Assembly: GCA_045637985.1 (NCBI GenBank)
Contig: JAZUAM010000020.1
Location: 66,379 to 130,378 of the forward strand
DNA from: Alphaproteobacteria bacterium
Lineage (GTDB): Bacteria; Pseudomonadota; Alphaproteobacteria; RF32; CAG-239
Length of the DNA stretch: 64,000 nucleotides
Direction of reading: 5' to 3'
Within the stretch, counting starts at the first letter, position 1. The number at the start of each line of letters is the position of its first letter. Shown here piece by piece: positions 1 to 11,879 of the stretch. The notes under the pieces were generated by a model. It was not told the origin of the DNA and made no database searches. It saw only the letters and a list, made by a program, of their open reading frames with translations. A program made the position numbers and the translations under genes.

Positions 1-366
1 CAAGAAACTTCTCCTGTATCTGATGATGTTACTGATGTTTCGGCAAATATAATAAGCAATTTTGCTAAGATGTTCTCTCGCGAAGAAAAAGAAGAAACTC
101 AGGTTGAAAAGACAACTCCGATTGAAACAATTACGACAACAGGTGATACAAGCAAAACGTTGGAGCAGTTTGTTCTCGATTCTATTGTCAAAGTAATCGG
201 TGGCGAAATTAACAATAAATGGAACGATGGTGCTGATTTTAGATCTTTTGCTGAAGCAGAAATCAGCCGCCAAACCACAGCTTGGATAAATAACAATTTA
301 CCTGCTTTGGTTGAGAAAATAGTTAAACAAGAAATTGAACGAGTGATAGCAAAGGTTGGTTCATAA
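1..366 (+). CDS. PopZ-like / DUF2497 C-terminal domain protein (5' end outside window)
   Basis: Frame 1 is open from nt 1 to the stop at 364-366. The C-terminus 'AWINNNLPALVEKIVKQEIERVIAKV' matches the conserved C-terminal helix I recall for alphaproteobacterial DUF2497/PopZ proteins. Confidence 0.5.
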   Translation, partial: QETSPVSDDVTDVSANIISNFAKMFSREEKEETQVEKTTPIETITTTGDTSKTLEQFVLDSIVKVIGGEINNKWNDGADFRSFAEAEISRQTTAWINNNLPALVEKIVKQEIERVIAKVGS

Positions 367-472
367 AAAGCGCGTTGCCTGAACTGACCTCCACACCATA
401 ATGCCCTTAAAGTCAAACAGCTTTACGGGCATAACGTTTAATTAATATCACTCAATAAAATAGGACAAACAA

Positions 473-3109
473 ATGTTAGAAAAAAATTATAATCCGCAAG
501 ATTTTGAAGAAAAAATATATGAAAAATGGGAAGCAAACGGTGATTTTAAGCCGGATATGAGTTCAAACAAAGATGCTTTTTGCGTGGTTATTCCTCCGCC
601 AAACGTAACAGGCGTATTGCATATGGGACATGCTTTGGATGATACATTGCAAGATATTTTGATACGTTATAATCGTATGCAGGGTAAAAAAGTTTTATGG
701 CAACCGGGAACTGATCATGCCGGAATTGCAACCCAAATGGTTGTTGAGCGTAATTTAGCCCAAGAAGGAATTACTCGTCACGATTTGGGACGTGAAAAAT
801 TTATCGAAACGGTATGGAAATGGAAAGAACAATCAGGCGGAACAATATGCAAACAACTCCGCAGGCTGGGCGCTTCTTGTGATTGGAGCCGCGAACGTTT
901 CACAATGGACGAAGGTTTAAGTCGGGCTGTTCGCAAAATATTTGTTAATTTGTATAAAGACGGCCTTATTTACAAAGCTAAAAAATTAGTAAATTGGGAC
1001 TCTAAATTTATGACAGCTGTTTCCGATTTAGAGGTTGTCCAAAAAGAATGTGTCGGCAAAATGTATTATTATCGTTATCCGATAGAAGGAGAAGAGGGCG
1101 TTTATGTTCACATTGCCACAACACGTCCGGAAACAATGTTTGGTGATACGGCAGTTGCTATTTCTAAAGACAATGAAAAATTAAAACATCTTATCGGTAA
1201 AAATTGTATTATTCCGATTATTAATCGTGCGATTCCTATTATTGCGGATGAACACGCCGATCCGGAAAAAGGAACCGGAGCCGTTAAGATTACACCTGCG
1301 CACGATTTTAACGATTTTGAGGTTGGTAAACGTCACGATTTGCCGTTGATTAACGTTTTAAATCCTGATGCAACTCTAAACGAAAATACTCCGTATGCCG
1401 GAATGAGAACACAAGAAGCTCGTATCAAAACAATAGAAGCATTAACAGAATTAGGTTTAATGGATAAAATAGAAGATCATCCGATGGTTATTCCTTATGG
1501 TGACAGATCCGGTGTTGTTATAGAGCCATTAATGACGGATCAATGGTTTGTTGATGCTCCCACACTGGCCAAGGAAGCAATCCGCGTTGTTGAAGATGGC
1601 GAAATGGAGTTTATTCCTAAATCATACGAAAAAACTTATTTTGAATGGATGCGCAATATTCAACCATGGTGTATTTCTCGCCAACTTTGGTGGGGACACC
1701 AAATGCCTATTTGGTACGGACCGGACGGACACATTTTCTGTGAAGAAAATATTGATGAAGCACAAGTTGCAGCCGACAAGTTTTACGGAAAACATGTAGA
1801 ACTTACTCGCGAAACAGATGTTTTAGACACATGGTTTTCATCGGGGCTTTGGGCTTTTTCAACTCTTGGATGGCCTGATAAAACAGACTTTTTAGACACT
1901 TTTTATCCTACATCTGTTTTGGTTACCGGATTTGATATTATCTTTTTCTGGGTAGCACGTATGATGATGATGAGTATGTATATTATGAAAAAAGTGCCGT
2001 TCAAAAAAGTATACATGCACGGTCTTGTTCGTGATGAACACGGTCAAAAGATGTCAAAGTCAAAGGGCAACACGGTTGATCCTATGGAAACAATCGAAAA
2101 ATATGGTGCCGATGCTCTTCGTTTCTTTATGGCAGCTATGGAAACACAAGGCCGAGATATTAATATGAACGAAGCTCGCATTGCCGGATATCGTAATTTT
2201 GCAACCAAACTTTGGAATGCCGCTCGTTTTGGCGAAATGAACGAAGCAAAATCGGTTAATGACTTTAATCCGGACAATGTTACTTTAGCAGTAAACAAAT
2301 GGATTGTTGCCAAGGCTAAAGAAGCAACTTTAAATGTTACTAAAAATATTGATTCTTTTCGTTTTTCTGACTCAGCTAACAGTATTTACCAATTTGTTTG
2401 GGGGGCATTCTGTGATTGGTATATCGAGATGATTAAGCCGATTTTGTATGGAGATGATGAAATTGCCAAATCTGAAACCAAGGCAACATTTGCTTGGGTA
2501 TTAGATAGAATTTTAGTCGTTCTGCATCCTTTTATGCCGTTTATAACTACTCAACTTTGGAATAATTTAGCAATACGCGATGTTGAGTTAATGCACCACG
2601 CATGGCCAATTGATAAAACTGTTGATAATCAAGCAAAAGAATCTATTGATTGGGCGATTGAAGTTATTTCAGCTATTCGTTCATTGCGAGCAGAGATGAA
2701 TTTGCCTGCCGGAGCTAAGCTTAAAGCATATTTGAAAGATGCTTCGGCAAATGTTGAATCATACATATCGGAGTTTAGCAATATTATTTGTTCATTGGCT
2801 CGCCTTGATAATATCGAAATTTTGCAAAGTGAAGTCACACCGGATATGGTTCAAACAGTTTGTCAGGGAACAGTTATTTTGCTTCCTCTTAAAGGTATAG
2901 TTGATTTTACGGCAGAACGTGAACGCTTACAAAAAGAATTAGCACAGCTGGATAAAAACTTGGTAGGCTATGCCGCTAAATTATCTAATGCTAACTTTGT
3001 TGAACGAGCACCGGCAAAAGTCGTTGAAGAAGAGAAAAAACGACAAGCCGAAGCTTTGGAAAATAAAGCCAAAGTCGAGGCCGCATTAGCCAGAATTGCT
3101 AATTTATAA
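473..3109 (+). CDS. valS: valine--tRNA ligase
   Basis: 878-aa ORF with class I signatures 'PPPNVTGVLHMGHAL' (HIGH) and 'KMSKS', plus the C-terminal coiled coil typical of ValRS. Confidence 0.95.
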   Translation: MLEKNYNPQDFEEKIYEKWEANGDFKPDMSSNKDAFCVVIPPPNVTGVLHMGHALDDTLQDILIRYNRMQGKKVLWQPGTDHAGIATQMVVERNLAQEGITRHDLGREKFIETVWKWKEQSGGTICKQLRRLGASCDWSRERFTMDEGLSRAVRKIFVNLYKDGLIYKAKKLVNWDSKFMTAVSDLEVVQKECVGKMYYYRYPIEGEEGVYVHIATTRPETMFGDTAVAISKDNEKLKHLIGKNCIIPIINRAIPIIADEHADPEKGTGAVKITPAHDFNDFEVGKRHDLPLINVLNPDATLNENTPYAGMRTQEARIKTIEALTELGLMDKIEDHPMVIPYGDRSGVVIEPLMTDQWFVDAPTLAKEAIRVVEDGEMEFIPKSYEKTYFEWMRNIQPWCISRQLWWGHQMPIWYGPDGHIFCEENIDEAQVAADKFYGKHVELTRETDVLDTWFSSGLWAFSTLGWPDKTDFLDTFYPTSVLVTGFDIIFFWVARMMMMSMYIMKKVPFKKVYMHGLVRDEHGQKMSKSKGNTVDPMETIEKYGADALRFFMAAMETQGRDINMNEARIAGYRNFATKLWNAARFGEMNEAKSVNDFNPDNVTLAVNKWIVAKAKEATLNVTKNIDSFRFSDSANSIYQFVWGAFCDWYIEMIKPILYGDDEIAKSETKATFAWVLDRILVVLHPFMPFITTQLWNNLAIRDVELMHHAWPIDKTVDNQAKESIDWAIEVISAIRSLRAEMNLPAGAKLKAYLKDASANVESYISEFSNIICSLARLDNIEILQSEVTPDMVQTVCQGTVILLPLKGIVDFTAERERLQKELAQLDKNLVGYAAKLSNANFVERAPAKVVEEEKKRQAEALENKAKVEAALARIANL

Positions 3110-3133
3110 AATAAAAATCACTATGAAAGCAAA

Positions 3134-3162
3134 AGCCCTCGTTATTTTACGAGGGCTTTTTG
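3134..3162. terminator. bidirectional rho-independent terminator between valS and clpB
   Basis: Stem agccctcg (3134-3141) pairs with cgagggct (3150-3157). It is flanked by an A-run upstream and a T-run downstream, between convergent genes. Confidence 0.7.
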
Positions 3163-5754
3163 TTATTTATCTTTTTTCGATTTTACAATTTCTAATCCGC
3201 CGTTTAAGACGATTATATCCGCTTCATCATTATCGCCGATATCTCCGTTCAAAATTTTAACTGCCAACTTATTTTCGATATTATTTTTTAACAATCGTTT
3301 AAGCGGGCGTGCGCCATAAACAGGATCATACCCGTTGTTTACAATCCATACAAAAGCCGTATCATGAATATTTAGTTTAATATTATGAGATTGCAAACGT
3401 TTTTCAATCAACTCAATCTGTATTTTGGCAATATCTTTAATATTATTTTTATCAAGTTTATGAAATATCGTGATTTCATCAATTCGGTTGATAAATTCCG
3501 GTCGAAATGATGCTTTTACAATATCCATAACTTGTGTTCTGATTTTTTTACCGTCATCAGCACCGGTCGCGTTACTTAAAATCTCAGATCCTAAATTTGA
3601 TGTCATAATTATAAGTGTATTTTTAAAATCAACCATACGCCCCTTCCCATCAGTCAATCGTCCGTCATCCAATACCTGAAGCAATATATTAAATACATCA
3701 GGGTGAGCTTTTTCAATTTCATCAAACAAAATTACTTGATATGGACGTCTGCGTACTGCTTCGGTTAAAAAACCGCCTTCTTCATATCCCACATATCCCC
3801 GAGGCGAACCAATAAGTCTGGCAACTGCGTGTTTCTCCATGTATTCAGACATATCAACACGCAAGATTGCTTTTTCATCATTAAACAAAAATTCGGCAAC
3901 AGCTTTACTCAATTCTGTTTTTCCTACACCGGTCGGACCTAAGAACAAAAATGATCCGATAGGTTGATTTGCATCAGCAATTCCGGCTCGTGAACGTCGT
4001 ATAGCGTTAGCTATTGCGCTGATTGCTTCTTTTTGTCCGATAACTCGTTTACTTAAATAATCTTCCATTTTCAACAATTTTTCTTTTTCTCCGGACAACA
4101 TCTTATCAACCGGGATTCCCGTTCGTTTAGAAACAATTGCTGCAATATTTGCTTCTTCAACCGTTTCGCTGAAGCTGTTTCGTTTATTTTCTTCCTTTTC
4201 TTCGGCAAGCTCTATTTTCTTTTCCAATTCAGGTATAATACTATACTGCAATTCACCGGCTCGCTCCAATTTTCCTTCACGTTTAGCAATTTCGACTTCA
4301 TTTTTAGCCTTATCCAACTTGTCCTTCAAAATTGTAAAATTCGCCAAACCTTGTTTATCTTCACGCCATTTATCTTCCAATCCGCGAGCTTTAGATTCCA
4401 AACCGGCTATTTCATAATTAATAAGTTCCAATCTGGCTTTTGATTTACTGTCGTTTTCTCTTTTTAATCCTTCTCGTTCAATTTTCAGTTGCAAGATTCG
4501 TCTGTCTAACTCATCAAGTTCTTCCGGTTTAGAGTCAATAGTCATACGCAAAGCACTTGCAGCCTCATCCATCAAATCAATAGCCTTATCTGGTAAAAAT
4601 CTATCAGAAATATATCTGTTAGATAATGTAGCCGCAGCAATAAGAGCATTATCAGCAATTTTAACACCATGATGAAGCTCAAATTTTTCTTTGATACCTC
4701 TCAATATTGAAATGGTATCTTCTACACTTGGTTCCGCAACATATATTTCTTGAAAACGTCGAGCCAAAGCAGCATCTTTTTCTACATACTTTTTATATTC
4801 ATTTAGTGTTGTAGCTCCCATACAATGTAGTTCTCCACGAGCCAAAGCCGGTTTAAGCAGGTTGGATGCATCCATAGCCCCTTCTGTTGCGCCGGCTCCA
4901 ACCAAAGTATGCATTTCATCTATGAACAAAATTATTTCGCCATTAGAAGTTTCAATATCTTTTAGAACAGCCTTTAATCGTTCTTCAAATTCTCCTCTGT
5001 ATTTAGCTCCGGCAATCAGCGCTCCTAAATCCAGAGCCAATAATCTTTTACCAAGCAAACTTTCCGGAACATCATTATTAACAATACGTATGGCCATTCC
5101 TTCAACAATAGCAGTCTTACCAACCCCCGGCTCCCCTATGAGCAAAGGATTATTTTTTGTTCTACGTGATAATACTTGGATAGCTCGTCTGATTTCTTGT
5201 TCCCTTCCGATTACGGGATCTATTTTTCCTTCTTTAGCTTTTGCCGTAATATCAATAGTAAACTTTTTTAGAGCTTCAAAAGTATCTTCACTTGTTTCAG
5301 AATCAGCTAATCGGCCATTTCTGTATTTATTGATTTCTTGATTCAATTTAGTTGCATCAACTCCGGACGACTTAAGTATATCATAAGCATCGTTTCCGGC
5401 GGTTAAAGAAAGAGCTTGTAACAGTCTTTCTATAGTGACAAAAGAATCATTTGCTTTTTCCGCCAGTTTTTCGGCTTCTGTCATCAATGCGGTAAATTCT
5501 TGGCTCATTAATGTCTGCACACTACTTCCCGCCACAGATGGTAATTTATCAAAAGCTTCGCTAATTTTAGTTCTTAGCATATTTAGATTACCACCGGATT
5601 TTTCAACTAAGTCCGTTATCAGCGCATATTTTCCATCAGTCAACACCTTTAATAAATGTAATGGCGTAATATACTGATTTTGATTGGTTGTTGCTAATTT
5701 TACAACAGCTTCAATAACTTCTTTTGATTTAGATGTAAGTTTTTCAAAATCCAT
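3163..5754 (-). CDS. clpB: ATP-dependent chaperone ClpB
   Basis: 863 aa with two Walker A loops, 'GEPGVGKTA' and 'GPTGVGKTE', separated by a long coiled-coil middle domain. Confidence 0.95.
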   Translation of the reverse strand: MDFEKLTSKSKEVIEAVVKLATTNQNQYITPLHLLKVLTDGKYALITDLVEKSGGNLNMLRTKISEAFDKLPSVAGSSVQTLMSQEFTALMTEAEKLAEKANDSFVTIERLLQALSLTAGNDAYDILKSSGVDATKLNQEINKYRNGRLADSETSEDTFEALKKFTIDITAKAKEGKIDPVIGREQEIRRAIQVLSRRTKNNPLLIGEPGVGKTAIVEGMAIRIVNNDVPESLLGKRLLALDLGALIAGAKYRGEFEERLKAVLKDIETSNGEIILFIDEMHTLVGAGATEGAMDASNLLKPALARGELHCMGATTLNEYKKYVEKDAALARRFQEIYVAEPSVEDTISILRGIKEKFELHHGVKIADNALIAAATLSNRYISDRFLPDKAIDLMDEAASALRMTIDSKPEELDELDRRILQLKIEREGLKRENDSKSKARLELINYEIAGLESKARGLEDKWREDKQGLANFTILKDKLDKAKNEVEIAKREGKLERAGELQYSIIPELEKKIELAEEKEENKRNSFSETVEEANIAAIVSKRTGIPVDKMLSGEKEKLLKMEDYLSKRVIGQKEAISAIANAIRRSRAGIADANQPIGSFLFLGPTGVGKTELSKAVAEFLFNDEKAILRVDMSEYMEKHAVARLIGSPRGYVGYEEGGFLTEAVRRRPYQVILFDEIEKAHPDVFNILLQVLDDGRLTDGKGRMVDFKNTLIIMTSNLGSEILSNATGADDGKKIRTQVMDIVKASFRPEFINRIDEITIFHKLDKNNIKDIAKIQIELIEKRLQSHNIKLNIHDTAFVWIVNNGYDPVYGARPLKRLLKNNIENKLAVKILNGDIGDNDEADIIVLNGGLEIVKSKKDK

Positions 5755-5823
5755 AACACAAATGCTCCTTGTTCTATACTAATAATATAGGAAACAAGAA
5801 GCATTTAAATCAAGAGCTTAATG

Positions 5824-6960
5824 TTATTTTCTTAATAAATTAATTATTGTAATATCAGATGGAGCAAACAATCTCATTGGTGGTCCCCAAGTGCCGGCGC
5901 CGCGAGAAATAAACATATCCGTTTTGTTTAACGAATACTTTCCGGCTAAATAACCATTAGCTTGTTTAACCATAATATGGAACGGAAATATCTGTCCGCC
6001 ATGAGTATGTCCTGATAAAACCAAATCAACAATACCGCCACTCAAACTATCAAGAATTGAAGGAGCATGTGATAACAAAACATTATAGTTGTCCTTTTTA
6101 GTATTGTTTAGGGTTCTCCAAAAGTTAACTCTGTCTACCATGGTTCCCAAATCCGGAATACCGGCAATAAAAACATTAGAATTATTTATATGAAATCCAC
6201 CATTAAACAAAAATTTGAAACCATAGGCATCCAAAAAACGCTTAGCTACATACACATCATTATAAAATTCATGATTCCCCATAATACTGTATATACCATA
6301 TGGAGCACTTAATTCTTTCAATACATTAAGTTGTTTCTCAACTAACGTCGGATTGTCATCAATAGTATCACCGGTGAGTACAATAACATCAGGATTAAGC
6401 AGATTAACTTGATTAACAATTTTAGCAATTCTGGAAACAGGTGTAGCACGTGTGATATGCAAATCACTCAGCTGAATAATTCGCAAATTACTGTTTACTT
6501 TGCTTGAATATATAAATTCCTCATTTACATCCGGCAATTTCAATCCTTGATACAATGCATAGATGCTCAATAACACGGAAAAAGATACTACAATCAAATT
6601 CGCTTTTCCGAGTAATGATATATTTTTAGGATCAATATGCCATCCATCTATTTTAAGCAGTTTAGCAATACCAAATATTGTATACCATACAATATCTCGA
6701 AGCATTATAACGATAAACAAGATAAAAACAAAACCCAAAAGAGTATATAAAACATTATGTGCTATGGTATACACCTCAAGAGGAAGAAGTTCGTGTTTTC
6801 TTATAATCCCCATAATTATAAACGAAAACCATCCCAACACAATAACAACCGCCGCCGATATTTTATATATCAGTCTCATATCACTATAACCGACCAATGT
6901 TTTAATTGTAATAACAGAGCAAGCGGTTGCAATAATAAATCCGGCAATAAAGAAAAACAA
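5824..6960 (-). CDS. membrane-anchored metallophosphoesterase (calcineurin-like)
   Basis: Hydrophobic N-terminal third, then the motifs 'LSDLH', 'GDTIDD', 'GNHEF' and 'GHTHGG'. Confidence 0.8.
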   Translation of the reverse strand: MFFFIAGFIIATACSVITIKTLVGYSDMRLIYKISAAVVIVLGWFSFIIMGIIRKHELLPLEVYTIAHNVLYTLLGFVFILFIVIMLRDIVWYTIFGIAKLLKIDGWHIDPKNISLLGKANLIVVSFSVLLSIYALYQGLKLPDVNEEFIYSSKVNSNLRIIQLSDLHITRATPVSRIAKIVNQVNLLNPDVIVLTGDTIDDNPTLVEKQLNVLKELSAPYGIYSIMGNHEFYNDVYVAKRFLDAYGFKFLFNGGFHINNSNVFIAGIPDLGTMVDRVNFWRTLNNTKKDNYNVLLSHAPSILDSLSGGIVDLVLSGHTHGGQIFPFHIMVKQANGYLAGKYSLNKTDMFISRGAGTWGPPMRLFAPSDITIINLLRK

Positions 6961-6975
6961 CTTATCTATCCTTTC

Positions 6976-7479
6976 TTAATTATTTACAGCAGGAATTTCC
7001 CCTTCTTTTTTTTGTTTGGTTCGAACATTTCGTTTGGGTTTAGCATTCTCATTAGTTACCTCAATAACCGTAAATGATTTTTTAGAAGACTTAACCTTAG
7101 TTTCTACCAAAGAATTTTCTTCATTAGAATGTTCTTCTTGCGCCTCTATAGTTTTTTCTTCCGGTGCTTCAACAACATCATCAGCTTTTACTTCAGTTTT
7201 TTCAGCCGACTGTTCCGTATCTCTGATATTAAAACGAATATTTTTACGTTCATTAATTTCTGTTATAATCTTTCGATAGTGTTCTGCATATTGACGAAAA
7301 ACTTCAGCTTCAACATAATTGCCGTTACCTTGAGCTTCTTTAGCCAACTCATTATATCTTTTAATTAAATCCAATGCGGTTCCGCAAAACTTACCTGCCG
7401 GAGAAATACTATCAAATTTATAATTAATTGAATAAACCTGATTATAATTATTATTGTTACGATATTTAACTTTTTTCAT
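6976..7479 (-). CDS. DUF4167-like protein
   Basis: 'RYNELAKEAQGNGNYVEAEVFRQYAEHYRKI' resembles the DUF4167 N-terminal motif, followed by a charged low-complexity tail. It lies next to prmC, as I recall for alphaproteobacteria. Confidence 0.55.
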   Translation of the reverse strand: MKKVKYRNNNNYNQVYSINYKFDSISPAGKFCGTALDLIKRYNELAKEAQGNGNYVEAEVFRQYAEHYRKIITEINERKNIRFNIRDTEQSAEKTEVKADDVVEAPEEKTIEAQEEHSNEENSLVETKVKSSKKSFTVIEVTNENAKPKRNVRTKQKKEGEIPAVNN

Positions 7480-7620
7480 AAACTATTTACCATAAAAAAC
7501 TTCAACATCAATTGATGTAGAAAAATAAACCAAAATTTTTGAGAAACTTATCAGGTGTTAAAATAAAAAACAACACCATCAATACAAAGACATAATAATC
7601 AAACTTTTGTTAAATGCAAA

Positions 7621-8490
7621 CTATTTTTTTAAAATTATACAACGTTCAACACCGGCTAAATCTCGTGCTTTTTTAACTAAAGATAAATTATTTTTTTGGG
7701 CAATATCAACAATTTCATCGGCTTGATTTATTCCTGCCTCAAATACCAAAAAACCATTATCATTAAGTAGAGAAGGTGCAATTTTACATATTTGTCGATA
7801 ATCTCTTAATCCGTCGTCTCCCCCGTCCAAGGCAATTATAGGATCAAAATTTTTTACTTCATTATCCAATTTTTCAATATCAGCAGAAGGAATATAAGGA
7901 GGATTACTTATTACAAGGTCAAATTTAGTTCCGACAACATCCGTAATATTATCATCAAACCAACTTGCTTCTTGTAAAACAAGTCTGTCAAAGACATTGT
8001 TTTTTATTGCATTGCGTTTAGTTACATTCAGTGCTTTTTCCGATATATCAATTCCCACGGCATTTGCATCAATACGATCAGCCAATAATGAAACAACCAA
8101 ACAACCGGAACCCGTTCCAAGCTCTAAAATTTTGGGTTGCATAAAGTCTTTTAATAAGATTATTGCTTCCTCAATTAAAACTTCACTATCTTGTCTGGGG
8201 GATAAAACATCAACATTTACATCAAAATCATATTTATAAAAACCTCTTGTCCCTAAAATTTTATCAACCGGACAATGTGATGCCCTTTTTTTTATCATTT
8301 CATCAAAAAGGCAAAGTTGTTTTTCAGATATATCGTTATCATAAAAATATAAATTACCGACATCCGTATTCAAAATATGTGCTAACATTATTTTTAGTTC
8401 AAGTATCGATACGTCAATACCTTGTTCTTTCAGATAGTTAAATTTACTGGTAACCAATTGTTTAATTTTCAACGATAAATCCTTAATCAT
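7621..8490 (-). CDS. prmC: release factor glutamine methyltransferase
   Basis: SAM motif 'ILELGTGSG' and catalytic 'ISNPPYIP' (NPPY). Confidence 0.9.
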   Translation of the reverse strand: MIKDLSLKIKQLVTSKFNYLKEQGIDVSILELKIMLAHILNTDVGNLYFYDNDISEKQLCLFDEMIKKRASHCPVDKILGTRGFYKYDFDVNVDVLSPRQDSEVLIEEAIILLKDFMQPKILELGTGSGCLVVSLLADRIDANAVGIDISEKALNVTKRNAIKNNVFDRLVLQEASWFDDNITDVVGTKFDLVISNPPYIPSADIEKLDNEVKNFDPIIALDGGDDGLRDYRQICKIAPSLLNDNGFLVFEAGINQADEIVDIAQKNNLSLVKKARDLAGVERCIILKK

Positions 8491-8502
8491 TAACCAAAAA
8501 CA

Positions 8503-8529
8503 AAAAAAGCATCTTTTATACGAGATGCA
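8503..8529 (-). terminator. rho-independent terminator (minus strand) after the 64-aa ORF
   Basis: gcatct (8509-8514) pairs with agatgc (8524-8529). On the minus strand the hairpin is followed by a T-run (the plus-strand A-run at 8503-8508). Confidence 0.5.
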
Positions 8530-8551
8530 AATTATAAAATTTGAAAAGATA

Positions 8552-8746
8552 TTATTGTGAACAGATTCTCAATTCATATTTATGACGGGTTAAAAAGATA
8601 TCGCTATTATCGGAATCTGTTCCTTGAATCTTTTTCAGGCGTGCAGACATTCTTTTAGCAAACGAAGGCAAATCAAAACCACGCTCTTTCTTATCTTTTT
8701 CAGATAACAGAGTTAGTTTTTGCTTATCTGCGTTAACTTTTTCCAT
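8552..8746 (-). CDS. small basic hypothetical protein
   Basis: 64-aa ORF with an AAGGTG Shine-Dalgarno about 5 nt upstream of its ATG and a terminator downstream. No recognisable domain. Confidence 0.4.
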   Translation of the reverse strand: MEKVNADKQKLTLLSEKDKKERGFDLPSFAKRMSARLKKIQGTDSDNSDIFLTRHKYELRICSQ

Positions 8747-8781
8747 CTTATCACCTTTTTTACTATATTTCTGTTATTATA

Positions 8782-9675
8782 TCATTTTTTTACGGATATT
8801 GCAAGCAAAACCAGATTTTTCAATTTCTTTAATGTTGCCTCTTCAATTTGGCGCACACGCTCTCTGCTTACACTGAGTTCTTCCCCTAATTCATTTAATG
8901 TCTTAGGAGTATTTGTCAATAAACGACTTTTAACAATATATTGTTCTCGGTCACTTAGTTGGGCAACACATTTTCGCAAAATTTCACAGCGATAAGAGGC
9001 TTCTTGCTTAGCGGCAACCTTTTCTTCAATGTTTTGCGATTTATCGACCAAAAAATCAATTTTTTCAGCTTCATCATCATCTGAAACCAAAACATTAAGT
9101 GATTTATCGCCCACTAACCGACAATTCATTTCTTTGACATCGTTTTCGTCAACGACCAATTCACGAGCAATCGCCTTAACCTCTTGTGGAGCAAGCTCTT
9201 TATTGTCATAGATGCCCAATCTGGCCTTAATTTTTTTTAGGTTATAAAAAAGTTTTTTTTGAGCGGCACTGGTGCCAAGTTTTACCAATGACCACGAACG
9301 AAGCACATAGTCATTTATAGCGGCCTTAATCCACCATATCGCATATGTAGCTAATCGAACTTTTTTAGATAAATCAAATTTTTTTACAGCTTGCATCAAG
9401 CCTATGTTTGCCTCAGATATAATATCTGCCAAAGGAAGTCCGTAACAACGATAAGTCATGGCAATCTTAGCAGCCAAACGCAAATGAGATGTAACCAATA
9501 CTTGAGCCGCATTCATATCCCCCTTCTGTTGCAAATCTTTAACAAGATTGACTTCCTGTTCTTCTGTCAAAACCGGAAATGTTTTAATCTTATCAAGATA
9601 AGCAACCAACGAGTTGTCACTTACGACCGCCGGAAGATTACATTTTCTGACTACCAAACCATTATCATTGTTCAT
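8782..9675 (-). CDS. rpoH: RNA polymerase sigma-32 factor
   Basis: Sigma-70 regions 2-4 and an RpoH-box-like 'AAQKKLFYNLKKIK'. The ORF is open to 9735, but the ATG at 9675 gives a typical ~297-aa RpoH and has GAGA upstream. Confidence 0.85.
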   Translation of the reverse strand: MNNDNGLVVRKCNLPAVVSDNSLVAYLDKIKTFPVLTEEQEVNLVKDLQQKGDMNAAQVLVTSHLRLAAKIAMTYRCYGLPLADIISEANIGLMQAVKKFDLSKKVRLATYAIWWIKAAINDYVLRSWSLVKLGTSAAQKKLFYNLKKIKARLGIYDNKELAPQEVKAIARELVVDENDVKEMNCRLVGDKSLNVLVSDDDEAEKIDFLVDKSQNIEEKVAAKQEASYRCEILRKCVAQLSDREQYIVKSRLLTNTPKTLNELGEELSVSRERVRQIEEATLKKLKNLVLLAISVKK

Positions 9676-9793
9676 TTTTGTCTCAATATTTTCCTTATTG
9701 TACATTGCATTATTATAATATAGGAATTGACACAACCGATATCAAGTGTCGGTAACTCGCTATACTATTGTAAAAAAAAATGATTCGCAAGCA

Positions 9794-10333
9794 TTAATTA
9801 GCATTAAAAATAAAACTGGGAACTTTCGTATTTGTAAAATTTACTATATCAACTCGTATGTTACCTAAATCATCATACATAACTAAATAAAGTTTATCAT
9901 CCAAAACAGGATTATCACTTTGGCATATTTTAATATTTTCATCAGATAAACGATTGTTTATTTTCAGTTCTATCAATCTTGATGCTACTATACGATGCTT
10001 TTTCGGAGATACATCAGTAATATCCAGCACTTCAAAATTATCAACATTTTTCAGCACAAGCTTAACTTTGCGCTTTTCTACGGTTGATAATGCTTTTTCA
10101 TTAGTATAAGGACGTAAAGCTTCTTGAGCCTGCGTAATCAAATTCTTGTCATTACATTCAGGCTTTTTCAATGTATCAACAATATTTCTTGATAATTTAT
10201 TTTTGATAACAGCAATCAATTCTTTATTGGCATAACCATATGCATTGGTTTCTTCTTCAAAGACAACATTTTCGGCTAGCGCCAAATTCCAAGCCAACAA
10301 AGATAAAACCAATGCATAAAGTATTTTTTTCAT
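9794..10333 (-). CDS. exported hypothetical protein
   Basis: The internal start at 10333 gives a signal peptide 'MKKILYALVLSLLAWNLALA'. The longer ORF to 10402 would overlap the 3' end of asnS. Confidence 0.5.
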   Translation of the reverse strand: MKKILYALVLSLLAWNLALAENVVFEEETNAYGYANKELIAVIKNKLSRNIVDTLKKPECNDKNLITQAQEALRPYTNEKALSTVEKRKVKLVLKNVDNFEVLDITDVSPKKHRIVASRLIELKINNRLSDENIKICQSDNPVLDDKLYLVMYDDLGNIRVDIVNFTNTKVPSFIFNAN

Positions 10334-10343
10334 GCTTTTCTCA

Positions 10344-11732
10344 TTAGAAGTTAATCGATTTTGGTGTACGAGGGAATGGAAGCACATCACGAATATTTCC
10401 AATTCCGGTCAACAACATCATCATTCTTTCAAAGCCAAGACCAAAACCCGCATGCGGTACCGAGCCGAAACGACGAGAATCCAGATACCACTCATAATCT
10501 TCTTCGTTCATTCCGCATTCATTTATACGTTTTAATAATACATCAAGACGTTCCTCACGTTGAGAGCCTCCGATAAGTTCTCCGATTCCCGGAACCAAAA
10601 CATCCATAGCGGCAACAGTTTTTCCATCATCATTCAAACGCATATAAAAAGCTTTAATTTCCTTCGGATAATCTCTCACAATTACGGGACGTTTGAAGTG
10701 TGTTTCTGCCAAATAACGCTCGTGTTCGGTTTGCATATCAATTCCGAATTCCGGTTCATATTCAAATTTATGTCCTGAAGCTTTCATTATTTCAATAGCT
10801 TCGCTATAAGTGATTCTGGCAAATCCGTTATCTAAAATATTATTCAATTTTGCCAATAATCCCGGTTCAACGAATTTATCAAACAAAGCTAAATCATCAC
10901 CGCAAGTTTCCATGACATATTTTATACAAAATTTAACCATATCTTCAGCCAAATCCATATCATCATGAATATCGGCAAAAGCCATCTCCGGTTCAATCAT
11001 CCAAAATTCGGCAGCGTGTCGGGTCGTATTAGAATTTTCTGCTCTAAATGTCGGACCGAATGTATAAATATCTCCCAAAGCACAAGCATACATTTCGCCA
11101 TTAAGCTGACCTGAAACGGTTAAGTGAGCTTCTTTGCCGAAAAAATCTTGGCTATAATCTATTTTTCCGTCTTTTGTGCGAGGAGGGTTATTCAAATCAA
11201 GTGTCGTAACTTGAAACATCTCGCCGGCACCTTCGCAATCAGATCCGGTAATAATCGGAGTATGAACATAACGAAAACCGCGTTCATTAAAAAATTTGTG
11301 TATGGCATAAGACAATTCCGAACGCACTCTGAAAGCCGCACCATATTTGTTTGAACGAGGACGTAAATGAGCAATTGTACGTAAATATTCGTCAGTATGT
11401 TTCTTTTTTTGTAAAGGAAAATCTTCCGGAGCCAAAGAATAAATTTCGATATTTTCAGCCATAATCTCAAATTTTTGATTTCCTCCTTGTGAGGGTACCA
11501 AAGCTCCCGTAACGGCAACCGAAGATCCTGTTGTAAGTTTTTTAATCTCGTCATAATTATCTAAATTGTTTTGAGCGATTACTTGAATATTTTTCAAACA
11601 AGAACCGTCGTTAATTTCAATAAACGAAAAATCTTTAGCATCACGACGTGTTCTTACCCAACCTTTTAACAAAACATTATCAATCGCCGATTCCGATTGT
11701 AACAATTTAACAATTTTGATTCTTTTCAACAT
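10344..11732 (-). CDS. asnS: asparagine--tRNA ligase
   Basis: Class II motifs '[21 protein letters not shown]', 'GGSQREER' and 'GFGLGFERM', with an N-terminal OB-fold region. Confidence 0.92.
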   Translation of the reverse strand: MLKRIKIVKLLQSESAIDNVLLKGWVRTRRDAKDFSFIEINDGSCLKNIQVIAQNNLDNYDEIKKLTTGSSVAVTGALVPSQGGNQKFEIMAENIEIYSLAPEDFPLQKKKHTDEYLRTIAHLRPRSNKYGAAFRVRSELSYAIHKFFNERGFRYVHTPIITGSDCEGAGEMFQVTTLDLNNPPRTKDGKIDYSQDFFGKEAHLTVSGQLNGEMYACALGDIYTFGPTFRAENSNTTRHAAEFWMIEPEMAFADIHDDMDLAEDMVKFCIKYVMETCGDDLALFDKFVEPGLLAKLNNILDNGFARITYSEAIEIMKASGHKFEYEPEFGIDMQTEHERYLAETHFKRPVIVRDYPKEIKAFYMRLNDDGKTVAAMDVLVPGIGELIGGSQREERLDVLLKRINECGMNEEDYEWYLDSRRFGSVPHAGFGLGFERMMMLLTGIGNIRDVLPFPRTPKSINF

Positions 11733-11879
11733 ATTAAAACAAATCCTTAAAATTCATATCAAATAAAAAACTTGAGACACTATATTACAGTTTTACTTAA
11801 ATGTCTAGCATTGACAAATATTATTCTACAGATTAGATTCGAAGAGAACGATGATAACTTTTTTGAGTAAGGATATAAG

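Noticed and set aside
4862-5341. 159-aa ORF antisense to clpB, and similar long antisense ORFs at 33983-34435, 47918-48436, 63404-63697, 99-416 and 11192-11554
   Set aside because: All lie fully inside well-supported genes on the opposite strand and show no motifs or SD sequences.
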